A stretch of DNA of 64,000 nucleotides from Candidatus Omnitrophota bacterium (lineage in GTDB: Bacteria > Omnitrophota > Gorgyraeia > Tantalellales > Tantalellaceae): contig JBAYES010000003.1 in assembly GCA_041667545.1 (NCBI GenBank), forward strand, positions 2,467-66,466. Direction: 5' to 3'. The notes below the pieces were generated by a model that was given only the letters and a program-made list of their open reading frames with translations, had not been told where the DNA came from and made no database searches. A program made the translations under genes and the position numbers. The stretch's first letter is position 1, and each line of letters begins with the position of its first letter. Of this stretch, positions 38,008 through 49,024 are shown in pieces.

Positions 38008-39818
38008 CTCTCACGGTTCTGATCTTCCGTAACGACCTTATGAACACGCGGCGCGTTCTCCCGCCGCATGTTAAGGGCCCTTATAATATCCGCGGCCGCG
38101 AGCGCGTACACTTCGGCGTCCAGATAGTGATTAGCCGCGGATTCCTTCTTTTTCTGCCAGACCTCTTTGGCTTTGCCGGTTGTTCGGTTACGGACAAGTA
38201 CTTTATGCTCTGAAGTAAACTGCGCAAGATACTCATCACCGGGATTCCTGAAGATATGCCACTTACCCGGATTCTGCGACGTAACAAGGCGGTTCATCTT
38301 GTCTTTATACTGAGTGACGTTCAGATTCCAAAGCACAAGCCCTCCTGAAATGACCGCACCTGTACGTGAATTGATATCAATCTTGTTCGCCCTGTAGAAC
38401 CGGCCGCCGGTAATGTCCTCAAGCCCTTTGATCGCCTTTGCCTTATCCGGCCATTCGCGGCAAAAACGATACACCTCGTCCGTCCGGAAACCCGAATCGA
38501 CACATGTCATGTAAACGCCCAAAGCCTCGCCTGACCTTACCCGGCTGTATTCTGTTTTAAATATACTCTCGATGATATCTTCCCAATATTCAACCCTGTC
38601 GGCCCGGATAAGCCACGACTCTTCGTAATAACCCCAACCGCGAATAACGTAATAGAAATGATCTTTCTGCACATCAACACCGGCCGTCAGCACCAAGACC
38701 TCATCAGGAACAACGCACTGATCATAATCACGCGCAAGATTCCGCACCTTATCGACTGTTGTCTCCTCAATCTTCTCCTCCCAGACCTCGGCAAGCCAAG
38801 AATTAACGAAATTCATCAAAAGCTCAACGTAGTCTTTTGATTTCATAAATTCAGCCGCTATATCGCTCCACGTGAGCCACGGTGAATATAGCGAACTTAC
38901 CCAAAAGCCGCGGTTACGATTATGCCCATTTTTATCTGCTATCCATTCACCTGCTATCATCATTTTTTGTTTATGAATATCATCTATACGCTTTTTACAG
39001 TGGATGCATTCATACCAAGCAAGCCGGTTATTCTTGATCTGTTCGGCTGATGTTTCTTCTTTCGGCCATTTGATCTGTCCGAAAACAAATACCTGCCTTT
39101 TCCCGCAATGCGGACACGGCACATAAAACCTGCGTTGGTCGGATTTATCGTATTCGCGGAAGATGTATCCCTCGCGCGTGGTGGGTGTGGAAACTTTAAC
39201 CGTTTTTTTGTTCCAAAAGGTTTTCTGTCTCTCAGAAGCCAGCTTGATAGGATCCGCTTCCCGGCCCGAAAACTTCGGGTATTTGTCTACCTCGTCCAAA
39301 AAAAGATACCGGATCGGCCGCGAGGCAAGGTCCGCAGGGCTATTCGAACCGGCAAAATAAAGTATCATTCTGTCGAAATGATATTCGAGTTTTGTAATGT
39401 CATCGGCATTTGCCGGGATATAACGGTTTAAGACCGGCGAGCACTCTATCATCGGCCGGACGCGGTTATATGACACGCTTTTTGCGTCATCCGCGCGCGG
39501 TGAAACCATCAGTGTCGGCCCCGGATCCTGATCGATAATAAACCCAAGCATGTTATACATCGATTCAGTTTTTCCGACCTGTGACGCCGCCATGACCGTT
39601 ATCTCATCAACATATGGATCCGTAAACGCGTCCATGATCCCCTTAAGATATGGCGTGCGCGCTGTCGACCACTGGCCCGGCTCCGCTGACGTTTTCACAT
39701 CAAGCCGCCGGAATTGATCCGCCCATTCGCTCACTGTTATCTTGGCGGGTAATACCCACTCAACGGCCCCGTACGGTACAACTGTCTTAAGTATTTCTCT
39801 TCCCAGTTTTATTGGCAT
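37974..39818 (-). CDS. terL: terminase large subunit, lambda gpA family
   Basis: 614 aa. Walker-like AASQVGKTE and the gpA-type zinc finger CPHCGKRQ...CIHCKKR. Confidence 0.75.
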   Translation of the reverse strand: MPIKLGREILKTVVPYGAVEWVLPAKITVSEWADQFRRLDVKTSAEPGQWSTARTPYLKGIMDAFTDPYVDEITVMAASQVGKTESMYNMLGFIIDQDPGPTLMVSPRADDAKSVSYNRVRPMIECSPVLNRYIPANADDITKLEYHFDRMILYFAGSNSPADLASRPIRYLFLDEVDKYPKFSGREADPIKLASERQKTFWNKKTVKVSTPTTREGYIFREYDKSDQRRFYVPCPHCGKRQVFVFGQIKWPKEETSAEQIKNNRLAWYECIHCKKRIDDIHKQKMMIAGEWIADKNGHNRNRGFWVSSLYSPWLTWSDIAAEFMKSKDYVELLMNFVNSWLAEVWEEKIEETTVDKVRNLARDYDQCVVPDEVLVLTAGVDVQKDHFYYVIRGWGYYEESWLIRADRVEYWEDIIESIFKTEYSRVRSGEALGVYMTCVDSGFRTDEVYRFCREWPDKAKAIKGLEDITGGRFYRANKIDINSRTGAVISGGLVLWNLNVTQYKDKMNRLVTSQNPGKWHIFRNPGDEYLAQFTSEHKVLVRNRTTGKAKEVWQKKKESAANHYLDAEVYALAAADIIRALNMRRENAPRVHKVVTEDQNRESWLRKTKGSWI

Positions 39819-40413
39819 TCTGTTTCCCCGCGAATTGGTCGATTATGTACCTTATTTCCTGATCCAGAATTTCACACACAACCTTCGGATCCTGCTGATA
39901 AAGCTTCGGCGCGATATGTTTCGGCAACCTTAAAAATCCGGCTTTAATGCCCCTGATCTGATTCTTCACGATGGATACGTGATCTTCGAACGGTATAACC
40001 TCGCCTTCTTTCTGTTTTAGTTCTATCTCGCTTAGTTTCGCGCGATTCTTCCGGTATTCCTTGTCCCAATAGTCCTTGCCGTTGTCCTCTTCCGATCCCT
40101 GCTTCTTGTAAAACCATTTGAAAACATCCCCGACCTTAAACCGCGCGATCTCCCCGGACGCGTCCCTGAATACCGGCATACCCTGCTGAACATACCGCCT
40201 GATCATCCGCGGGGATTTCTCGAGATACACACATAAGGTCGGCAGATCTACCGTTCCATCGATGACTCCTGTGTGCCGCTGTTCCGATTTCTCGAACTCC
40301 TCAAGCTCTTTGAGTTCTTTCGACGACAGCGACCCGCGGCCCAGCTTTTCGACAATGGCGATATAACGTTTCTTCTTGGCAATATCAACAAGGTTGCGGT
40401 TCTTTTCATCCAT
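39787..40413 (-). CDS. terS: terminase small subunit (Nu1-like wHTH)
   Basis: Overlaps the TerL start. HTH segment LPTLCVYLEKSPRMIRRYVQQGMPV. Confidence 0.5.
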   Translation of the reverse strand: MDEKNRNLVDIAKKKRYIAIVEKLGRGSLSSKELKELEEFEKSEQRHTGVIDGTVDLPTLCVYLEKSPRMIRRYVQQGMPVFRDASGEIARFKVGDVFKWFYKKQGSEEDNGKDYWDKEYRKNRAKLSEIELKQKEGEVIPFEDHVSIVKNQIRGIKAGFLRLPKHIAPKLYQQDPKVVCEILDQEIRYIIDQFAGKQNANKTGKRNT

Positions 40414-41710
40414 TACTTTCCCTTATAGCTTTTTTGCCTGTAAATTCCTCCCAGCGTTTCACCGCCACATCACAGAAGACCGGCTCGATCTCCATGGCGA
40501 AAACCCTCCGGTTCAGCCTCTCCCCCGCGATAATTTGCGATCCCGAACCGGAAAACGGTTCATAACAAACATCCCCGGGCACAGTATGAACCCGCATAGG
40601 TATGGCAAAAACCTCGGTCGGCTTTACGGTCGGATGATCAAGTCCCGGATTGCGTTTCTTCCCTTCCCAGTCCAGTTCCCATACGTCGGTATGATATTCC
40701 GGCGTTTCGGGATCTCCCGTTCTTAAAAATCCAACCGTCCATACAGTTCCGATCGCCTTATTTTTTGGCTTATAATCCGGCTTATTCCCTTTCACCCACA
40801 TCAAAAGACACGGCTCATGCCGCCACGAATAAAACGAATAAGTCAAAATGACGCATGGTTTGACCCAGACAATCTCCTGATGAATCAGAATCCCGATCTC
40901 CTTGCAAAGGCCCTCGATATCAGAACGCCGCTTTGAGGCGTGCCACATATAAAGTGCGGTCTTTTCTTTGATGAATCCAAGGCCCACGGTCAAAAACTTG
41001 CGCATGAAATCCACCGCGTCCGGAATGTCGATCTCGTGATAGACGTTCGACCAGTCCCGGCCGCCGTTAGGCCTGTCGGCTCCGGTATAGTCTACGCAAT
41101 ACGGCGGATCCGTGGCGAACAAACTTGCTTTGTGGCCGTCCATAAGCCGTGCGACATCAGTCTCGCTGGTAGAATCCCCGCACAAAAGCCGGTGATCGCC
41201 CAAAATCCATAAATCGCCTTTTTGGGTAATAGTTTCTTTTGGCGGCTCCGGGATATCATCCGGAAGGGTCTTTCCGCTTCCCAAATTTTCCACGCCCATA
41301 TCCCCGACACTTTCCCGTAAACTCTGAAGACGCAGATTGAGATAGTCATCCGCCGCCTCTTTTCGCAACTTTTCCAAAAGCGGGATAAGCGCGGCCGTCC
41401 ACTGTCCGGCGATCTCGCTATTATTAAGCGTCACGTTCATCGCCTGCTCTTGGATCTCGTCAAGATCGACCATAATAGCCGAAACCGTTTCCACACCGTC
41501 CGATTGCAATACCTTGTACCGCTGATGCCCGGAAACAATCCTCATGTTCCGCTTATTAACGATTAAAAGATCCACATACCCAAACTTCTCCAGACTGTGT
41601 CTGAGACCCGCGTAAGCCTGCTCTGTTATCTCGCGGGGGTTGTACGGTGCTGGACTTAAATCCGCTACCCTGACTTCACTAATTTCCGGTTTAACATTGA
41701 TTTTTGCCAC
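40406..41710 (-). CDS. ParB-like nuclease domain fused to DNA methyltransferase (N6-A/N4-C beta class)
   Basis: ParB/Srx N-terminus (LLIVNKRNMRIVSGHQRYKV). Methyltransferase motifs DPPY (LFATDPPYCVDY) and FSGSGS (YEPFSGSGSQ). Confidence 0.7.
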   Translation of the reverse strand: MAKINVKPEISEVRVADLSPAPYNPREITEQAYAGLRHSLEKFGYVDLLIVNKRNMRIVSGHQRYKVLQSDGVETVSAIMVDLDEIQEQAMNVTLNNSEIAGQWTAALIPLLEKLRKEAADDYLNLRLQSLRESVGDMGVENLGSGKTLPDDIPEPPKETITQKGDLWILGDHRLLCGDSTSETDVARLMDGHKASLFATDPPYCVDYTGADRPNGGRDWSNVYHEIDIPDAVDFMRKFLTVGLGFIKEKTALYMWHASKRRSDIEGLCKEIGILIHQEIVWVKPCVILTYSFYSWRHEPCLLMWVKGNKPDYKPKNKAIGTVWTVGFLRTGDPETPEYHTDVWELDWEGKKRNPGLDHPTVKPTEVFAIPMRVHTVPGDVCYEPFSGSGSQIIAGERLNRRVFAMEIEPVFCDVAVKRWEEFTGKKAIRESNG

Positions 41711-42135
41711 GATTTTCTCCTTTTTTATGTGCCTTCATGTCCATCAAAAAGCCCTTTTTAAATCCTATCTAAACTTGTTTTTGCGGCATCTATTCGCCTA
41801 TTTCCCAATAAAAACGGTCATTTCCGTCATTTTTATGATAAACATTTAAAATCTCAAAAGTGATGGACATGGACATCGTTTTTTAAACCTGTAATCACTG
41901 AAGGCTCGCGCCTCGCCCGACCCTCACCCGACACCCCCTTCCAAGGACCCGTAAACCTTCTTTTAAACACAAACCCCGAGTTATCCACAAATCCACAACC
42001 TCTACTACTAATTTTTGATAGTTATCTCTTGTTATTATCTTTTGTTAGGGTGACACCCTTGTCACTACTTCTGGTGACACCGGTGTCACCACTCCGGTGA
42101 CAGGGCTGTCACCGGTGACATCAGTGTCACTACTT
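41711..42135. repeat. candidate replication origin: four GTGACA-N4-TGTCAC palindromes (42050-42065, 42074-42089, 42097-42112, 42115-42130) plus an AT-rich segment flanked by inverted repeat CATGTCCATC / GATGGACATG (41738-41747 / 41862-41871)
   Basis: Palindromes read directly. They lie in the 3' end of the wHTH gene (encoding a VTGDSPVTGVVTPVSP tail) and continue into an AT-rich intergenic region. Layout parallels lambda ori (iterons plus AT-rich region inside or at the initiator gene). Confidence 0.5.
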
Positions 42136-42479
42136 GATTGTGGATAACTTTTCACCCCGGCGATATTGAGTAATTTATAAATGTTCGGCTTCCCCTTCTT
42201 TCGTTCTATCGCAATAACCTTCAAAAGCTCCAATCGTTTAACCGCGCGCATAATTGTCCGTCTGGATACTCCGCAATGATATGCCAGCGTAGTAACAGAC
42301 GGAAAACAGTCTTGCGCCTTATAATTAGCGTAATAACAAAGCCATGAATAAACAGCAACGCCCATGGTACCGGCGCCTTCCGAGATAAGCCTTAATGCCG
42401 CCTTATCTATCCAAAGGAATTTGCCGTCGCGCAGATCCCTGATGTCGAACTTTTCGTTTCCCATGGAAAACCTTTTCAA
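42045..42479 (-). CDS. winged-helix DNA-binding protein, candidate replication initiator (O-like N-terminal domain)
   Basis: Segment FPSVTTLAYHCGVSRRTIMRAVKRLELLKVI; iterons lie in its 3' end. Confidence 0.45.
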   Translation of the reverse strand: MKRFSMGNEKFDIRDLRDGKFLWIDKAALRLISEGAGTMGVAVYSWLCYYANYKAQDCFPSVTTLAYHCGVSRRTIMRAVKRLELLKVIAIERKKGKPNIYKLLNIAGVKSYPQSSSDTDVTGDSPVTGVVTPVSPEVVTRVSP

Positions 42480-42724
42480 TATGAAATAACCTCATACCAA
42501 GCCATGTTGCCTTTGAGGTTCCGCCGGATGCATTCTTCTTTGTCGATCTTCCTCACGATGCCTTGCAAAACAAAATCCCTGATCGTCCTCTCGGCGCGCA
42601 AATAATAATTATTGGTGCCGAAAGATATGACCTCGGCCTTTGAAAAGGTCTTGGTTTGCCTGCACCAGCGTAATAGCCGTTCTTCTTTTGATAAAAATTT
42701 ATCTGTCTGCTCAATCATTTTCAC
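42476..42724 (-). CDS. hypothetical protein
   Basis: ORF only. Confidence 0.3.
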   Translation of the reverse strand: MKMIEQTDKFLSKEERLLRWCRQTKTFSKAEVISFGTNNYYLRAERTIRDFVLQGIVRKIDKEECIRRNLKGNMAWYEVISY

Positions 42725-42736
42725 CTCCTCGTCAAT

Positions 42737-43054
42737 TCATCTGGCCCAGCTGATCCAGCCCCACAAAGCCAAGAAAAAGTACACAACAAACAGAAATGAC
42801 TGAGCGTATAAACGTTTCCGGAAATCGATCACTGCCCATGAGGCGTTCGTAAACATCCATACCAGAAACCCGGCCGGATCTTTATTCACGTTTAACACAA
42901 CCCCAAAAATAGACAGGCCCGCGAGCATCCACATCACCAGCTCTTTGAACTCTTTCGCATCCTTGCCGAACGGCCGGTTGGCTTCGATGAGCCTGCGCCG
43001 GTTGTACCAGCTCAACTTTCTGTATACGCTCTTCCATCCCTTATTAACTTTCAT
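42737..43054 (-). CDS. small membrane protein (3 TM), start assumed at MKVNKG
   Basis: Hydrophobic segments. The longer ORF (to 43174) overlaps the upstream gene by 130 nt. Confidence 0.3.
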   Translation of the reverse strand: MKVNKGWKSVYRKLSWYNRRRLIEANRPFGKDAKEFKELVMWMLAGLSIFGVVLNVNKDPAGFLVWMFTNASWAVIDFRKRLYAQSFLFVVYFFLALWGWISWAR

Positions 43055-43334
43055 CGGGCCTTCCCTCCTTCCTCTTGGGTACTCTTTCAACGATAAATAA
43101 TTCTTCGCCGATTTCTTCGGTAGCGCATTCGGTAAACACGCTCGCAAGAAGCGCTCCCACATCGTCGGTAACATGAATGATCACGCGGTGGCCGGACATA
43201 AGAAACGAACCGTCCATCTTTACCCGGGCTTTTCCGAAAACACCGCGCGCCGCTCGCACAGCCGATTCCATCTGTTCCTGAATCAGCTGTTTATCGATCC
43301 TTTCATCAAATTCGAACTTATACACGAACTCCAT
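43044..43334 (-). CDS. hypothetical protein
   Basis: ORF only. Confidence 0.3.
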   Translation of the reverse strand: MEFVYKFEFDERIDKQLIQEQMESAVRAARGVFGKARVKMDGSFLMSGHRVIIHVTDDVGALLASVFTECATEEIGEELFIVERVPKRKEGRPDES

Positions 43335-43352
43335 GTAATTCCTCCTCTCTGA

Positions 43353-43886
43353 TCACCTCAGATACTCTTCAAGCCCTACTTTTCTAAATACTTCACGAAT
43401 TCGTTTGATCTCATCCTGAAGGGTAGTCCGCGGGATATTCATTACGTCTCCGACCTTCACCTGACTCATCCCTTCCGACAAATACCGGCATATCTGCTTC
43501 TGCCTGAAAGAAAGGTTGGCCGTTGCTTTCGACATCGCCTCAGGAAGATCCGCCGCCGTTATTTTTATCGTTGTCTGTTCTTCAACCATCAGTATTCTCT
43601 CCTTCGTGCTGATCATTTTTTCGTCATCATCCATCGCGTCAAGCGATTCACTCTCATATGAAACTCTTCGTTTATTCGCGGCTCTTCTGCGTATAAGATC
43701 GGCTATTTTGTTACGTGTGACCCTGTTAAGGAATGTGCGCTCGGATGCCCCTGACTCGGAACGATACTGCTCTTTCATGAAAAACCAATGAATCAAACAT
43801 TCCTGCAAAAGATCTTCAATTCCTTCTTTCCGAAGACTCGCGTAGTCGCGTTGCGCGCCCTTGACAGAACAAAGAATCTCCCGCAA
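43353..43886 (-). CDS. sigma-70 family (ECF-like) sigma factor, candidate late-gene activator
   Basis: Region 2-like LIHWFFMKEQ...FLNRVTRNKIADLIRRR. Region 4 HTH LSFRQKQICRYLSEGMSQVKVGDVMNIPRTTLQDEIKRIR. Confidence 0.6.
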   Translation of the reverse strand: MREILCSVKGAQRDYASLRKEGIEDLLQECLIHWFFMKEQYRSESGASERTFLNRVTRNKIADLIRRRAANKRRVSYESESLDAMDDDEKMISTKERILMVEEQTTIKITAADLPEAMSKATANLSFRQKQICRYLSEGMSQVKVGDVMNIPRTTLQDEIKRIREVFRKVGLEEYLR

Positions 43887-43982
43887 TTCCCACTCCTGAA
43901 ATAATCCGCGATAGTTTTGACTAATTCGGACACCTCTTTTCTTGAAGGCGTCCGAAAAGTTTTTTTATACGTATCCGAATTA

Positions 43983-44195
43983 TTAATATCTTTTCCTTGT
44001 AAGCGGTTTGCATCCCGATAATTCATCTGGCGTCGGCTCTCTTTTTAATATTCCTGTTAGCACCGCTTTCACGGCCTCAAAGATTCTTTGATTCTGTTTC
44101 CTCCGCTCCTCGCCTTCTAAAGGCTTGTCCGGATAAACAAGAACGAATCCTTTTTTGAACCGCTTTCCTAAGTTTGAATTTTGCCGGTCGCCCAT
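43983..44195 (-). CDS. hypothetical protein
   Basis: ORF only. Confidence 0.3.
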   Translation of the reverse strand: MGDRQNSNLGKRFKKGFVLVYPDKPLEGEERRKQNQRIFEAVKAVLTGILKREPTPDELSGCKPLTRKRY

Positions 44196-44214
44196 AATGC
44201 TCCTCTATTAGCTA

Positions 44215-44298
44215 CATACGCAGACTTTCCGAAACCTGCCGGAAAAAAGTTTTAAATTGAAAATATTTCCGTCACCCTGCCGGAAATCTGCGTATATA
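44215..44298. repeat. inverted repeat ACATACGCAGACTTTCCG ... CGGAAATCTGCGTATAT with internal direct repeat CCTGCCGGAAA x2; arms resemble the TACATACAGATTTTCC iteron family at 1454-2228
   Basis: Read directly from the sequence. Lies about 60 nt upstream of the conserved recombinase promoter motif. Confidence 0.6.
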
Positions 44299-44422
44299 GA
44301 TAGAAAGCAAGCATCTGTGATCCCCGACCTTAAGCACCCTAAGCCCTTGTTATAGCTTGACTTGGGATGCCTTCTATTATAGGGTTGGGTCGCATTGCGA
44401 AAAACGAATTCGAAAGGATGTT

Positions 44423-46150
<1,728 letters not shown>

Positions 46151-46165
46151 GCATTTCTAAGTTAC

Positions 46166-47320
46166 TTAATCTGAAGGACTTACGTGTAACAACTGTTTCT
46201 CTAACAATTCGATAGAACCCTGTGGTGCTTGTTTGGTGCTTATAATCGTCTCCATCATACTCCCCAAGGTGTCTACGGACTTAGCTTTATGCCCTTGGGA
46301 TAGATGGGAATACCTCATTGTCATCTTTATGTCCTTATGCCCCATCAGTTCCTTTACAGTCATAAGGTCTACCCCGTTCATCACAAGGTGACTTGCGAAG
46401 GTATGTCGTAGGTCATGCCAACGACAATGTGTGATTTTAGCACATCTTATCGCTTTTGAGAAGATTTTATCTACATTTTTAGGGAAGACTATTTCTGTAT
46501 CGTAATGTTCTCGTAAGTTAATAAGTTCCCTCTTTACTACTGCGTTCATAGGACACATTTTAGGCTCATTGTTTTTTGTCTTATGAACATATATGATGTT
46601 GTTCCTAAGGTCTATATCAGACCACTTCAGCCGCATCATCTCACCTCGTCTCATACCAGTGTTAAGTGCCGTAAGTACTGCTGCCTTGAGGTATGGGTCA
46701 CATACTTGTAATAACCGTGCTATTTCCTCTCTCTCCAAGTAACGGACTTTAACATTGTTCTCTCTAAGATGTTTTATAGTATCAAGAGGGTTCTTTTCAG
46801 CATAACCCCATTCGATAGCTTTTTTAAAGGCGGTCTTCATTATAGTGAGATATCGGTTCACCGTGGATGGTTCAATGCCTTCCTGAAGTTTGTGCTTCTT
46901 AAAATCTTCTATATCATAAGGTTTGATTTCATCAAGGTATTTACCCCTGCCTAGTACATCCGCGGCTGATGTAAGCCTTTGTACATCGTCTTTCCAAGAG
47001 GATTTGTTGGGTTTGGAGTATGTTTCGAGGAATAGGGTTATAAAGTCTATGAGTTTAATGCGTTTTACTTTGCTTTTATCGAGGAATTTCCCTTCGGCTA
47101 TTTCTGTTTTCCGTTTGGCAAGTACTGTTTCAGCGAGTTTCTTGTTGGGTCCTATAGTTTCCCGTGTCTGTCTACCATCCACATAGTAAGATATGCACCA
47201 AATACCCTTTCTATCTTTTCTTTGGTAGACTCCTTTCATTGTTCCCTCCCTTACCCTGACGCCAAAGCCTCCAACACCATAACAGTAAACTTCCAATAGA
47301 CCTGTCTTCTTCTCTGGCAT
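46166..47320 (-). CDS. tyrosine recombinase / phage integrase
   Basis: C-terminal catalytic region contains ...RWHDLRHTFASHLVMNGVDLMTVKELMGHKDIKMTMRYSHL (R...HxxR...Y). Has an N-terminal SAM-like domain. Confidence 0.85.
   Translation of the reverse strand: MPEKKTGLLEVYCYGVGGFGVRVREGTMKGVYQRKDRKGIWCISYYVDGRQTRETIGPNKKLAETVLAKRKTEIAEGKFLDKSKVKRIKLIDFITLFLETYSKPNKSSWKDDVQRLTSAADVLGRGKYLDEIKPYDIEDFKKHKLQEGIEPSTVNRYLTIMKTAFKKAIEWGYAEKNPLDTIKHLRENNVKVRYLEREEIARLLQVCDPYLKAAVLTALNTGMRRGEMMRLKWSDIDLRNNIIYVHKTKNNEPKMCPMNAVVKRELINLREHYDTEIVFPKNVDKIFSKAIRCAKITHCRWHDLRHTFASHLVMNGVDLMTVKELMGHKDIKMTMRYSHLSQGHKAKSVDTLGSMMETIISTKQAPQGSIELLEKQLLHVSPSD
46224..46248. repeat. 25-bp direct repeat GGTGCTTgTTTGGTGCTTAtAATcg inside the int 3' coding end; partner at 55886-55910
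   Basis: Left copy is ggtgcttgtttggtgcttataatcg; right copy is ggtgcttatttggtgcttagaatac. Confidence 0.6.
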
Positions 47321-47423
47321 CTTTTTCTAATAGCTTCTTGTCCTCCGCTGAAACTCGGAAATTCATCTGCTTATCTTTACTCACAACCCCTCCTTTATAT
47401 TGTATAGCATAAGCTATACATTG

Positions 47424-47630
47424 TCAACCCCGTGCTAATGATTTCTCTTTATCACTATACACGGGAACAGAGTGGGTTTCAAGCCATTCATTTATCTTGT
47501 TCCTGTCGAACCTTACCAACCTCCCAACCTTGATATAGGGTATTTTCCGCTGGCTAATCCACGAGTAAATAGTGTTAACTGATACTCCCAGTATCTCTGC
47601 CAGTTCGTGGATGTTTAAGCGTTTTTCCAT
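47424..47630 (-). CDS. AlpA/Xis-family excisionase-like HTH protein
   Basis: Segment LNIHELAEILGVSVNTIYSWISQRKIPYIKVGRLVRFDRNKINEWLE. Confidence 0.65.
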   Translation of the reverse strand: MEKRLNIHELAEILGVSVNTIYSWISQRKIPYIKVGRLVRFDRNKINEWLETHSVPVYSDKEKSLARG

Positions 47631-47659
47631 CTTAAATGTTCCTTCTGCGGCACATTGAC

Positions 47660-48277
47660 TTACCTTTTCCTTTCAATAAATTTCTCAGATGGTGCCTCTT
47701 TTTCAAACTTCTCCGCTATCTTCATCATCCCACCCGCTAATACATCCCGCATACCTCTATACTGCTGCGACAACTTCGCCTTTGCTGGTGTTCTGAGCCA
47801 CTTGTTCTTGAGTTTCTTTTCAAGTTTACCAAGCTTCTGCATAGGCTTCAGATACCACTCCCAGACCATATCCCCTCGGCTCAACTGGCTCATATAGTAC
47901 AGCCCGTGACAATGCCTACACAGGTACTTATCCCTACCTTCTGGGCAGTACAGTGTCTTCACTTGCCGATGGCACCTGTTGCAGAGGAAATACAGCATCA
48001 CCCCGCCAAAATAACATCGCTTGGGATTGAAAAATAACTTATCCTTAACTTCATAGAGCTGTTTTGTCGTTCTGTTTATGAAACTTGCCGTGATATGTAC
48101 AGGCTGGGCAAAGTACAGTTCATTACTTCCCATTTGAGTTTTCGCCTTGATATCCTGCACAGTTACCTTAGCACTATATTCAATCACCCTGCCCACCGTT
48201 ATCTCCTTAATCTCAAAGTTAATTATTCTTTTCTTCGGGGTTTTCTTGAGTTTCTTCTGGTTTATCAACTTCCTCAA
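47660..48277 (-). CDS. hypothetical Cys-rich (zinc-finger) protein
   Basis: Motifs CNRCHRQ...CRHCHG. Confidence 0.3.
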   Translation of the reverse strand: MRKLINQKKLKKTPKKRIINFEIKEITVGRVIEYSAKVTVQDIKAKTQMGSNELYFAQPVHITASFINRTTKQLYEVKDKLFFNPKRCYFGGVMLYFLCNRCHRQVKTLYCPEGRDKYLCRHCHGLYYMSQLSRGDMVWEWYLKPMQKLGKLEKKLKNKWLRTPAKAKLSQQYRGMRDVLAGGMMKIAEKFEKEAPSEKFIERKR

Positions 48278-48557
48278 AGATAGCTTTTCTCACCTTTTTC
48301 CCATCCCTTTTAAGATGGACGTAGAGTCGCCTTCTATACCTAAACCATCCCATAGCGGAATCTAACTCCTCTTCATCACAGTCAAACTCTTCTTTCCAAA
48401 CTTTACGAGTCTCGGGGAGTTTCAACTGCTGCTCGATAATTAACATATCCTCTTCAGTGAGTCCCCTTTCCCGTTTGTACAGCTCCAACAACCCCATAAT
48501 GTAAATAACCTCTTGTGATTTGCACCCTATCCTGAATATTTTGATTACGCTTTCCAT
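48219..48557 (-). CDS. hypothetical acidic protein
   Basis: ORF only. Confidence 0.3.
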   Translation of the reverse strand: MESVIKIFRIGCKSQEVIYIMGLLELYKRERGLTEEDMLIIEQQLKLPETRKVWKEEFDCDEEELDSAMGWFRYRRRLYVHLKRDGKKVRKAIFEEVDKPEETQENPEEKNN

Positions 48558-49024
48558 TTGGACCTCCTCCCGTTATAGACCTTGCGACCTACAACGTGCT
48601 TTGCAGGGGGCGTTGTTTTCGGACTGCCCCCACGTCCGCTCTCACTTCCAAGCTCCCCTGTTACGAGAAACACGGCAGAGAGGTAGGTTAACTAACTACC
48701 GCTTCTTCCTGAAGCAACGACACATACTCGAGTTCATCGCAAAAGGGACATTTAACGGGAAATGCCTCCTCTGCCTTGATTCCAACTGGAGTATCTTCAC
48801 CAAGCAGATAAAAACTGTTCTCGCACTCAAAACACTGAACTTTCCGATACTTACTCATACTACTTCCTCCTTTTTGCGTTTAGCCTTCCATCCCACCATT
48901 CGTTCATCATTGCCCCTATTATAGAGGGGGCAAGTGAATGAACAGAAACAATGCAAGTGTTCATAGCCTTGAAATAAGCAAACAGTCCTTTTGAACGGTA
49001 TTTCCTATATAAAATCGTATCTGT

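Noticed and set aside
41092-41349. 85-aa minus-strand ORF inside the ParB-methyltransferase gene
   Set aside because: It lies in an alternative frame of a strongly supported CDS.
42050-42130. GTGACA/TGTCAC palindromes as mere coding repeats of a VTG-rich protein tail
   Set aside because: Not fully rejected. Perfect dyad symmetry at the DNA level is not required by the amino-acid repeat, so a DNA-site role is favoured, but protein-level selection cannot be excluded.
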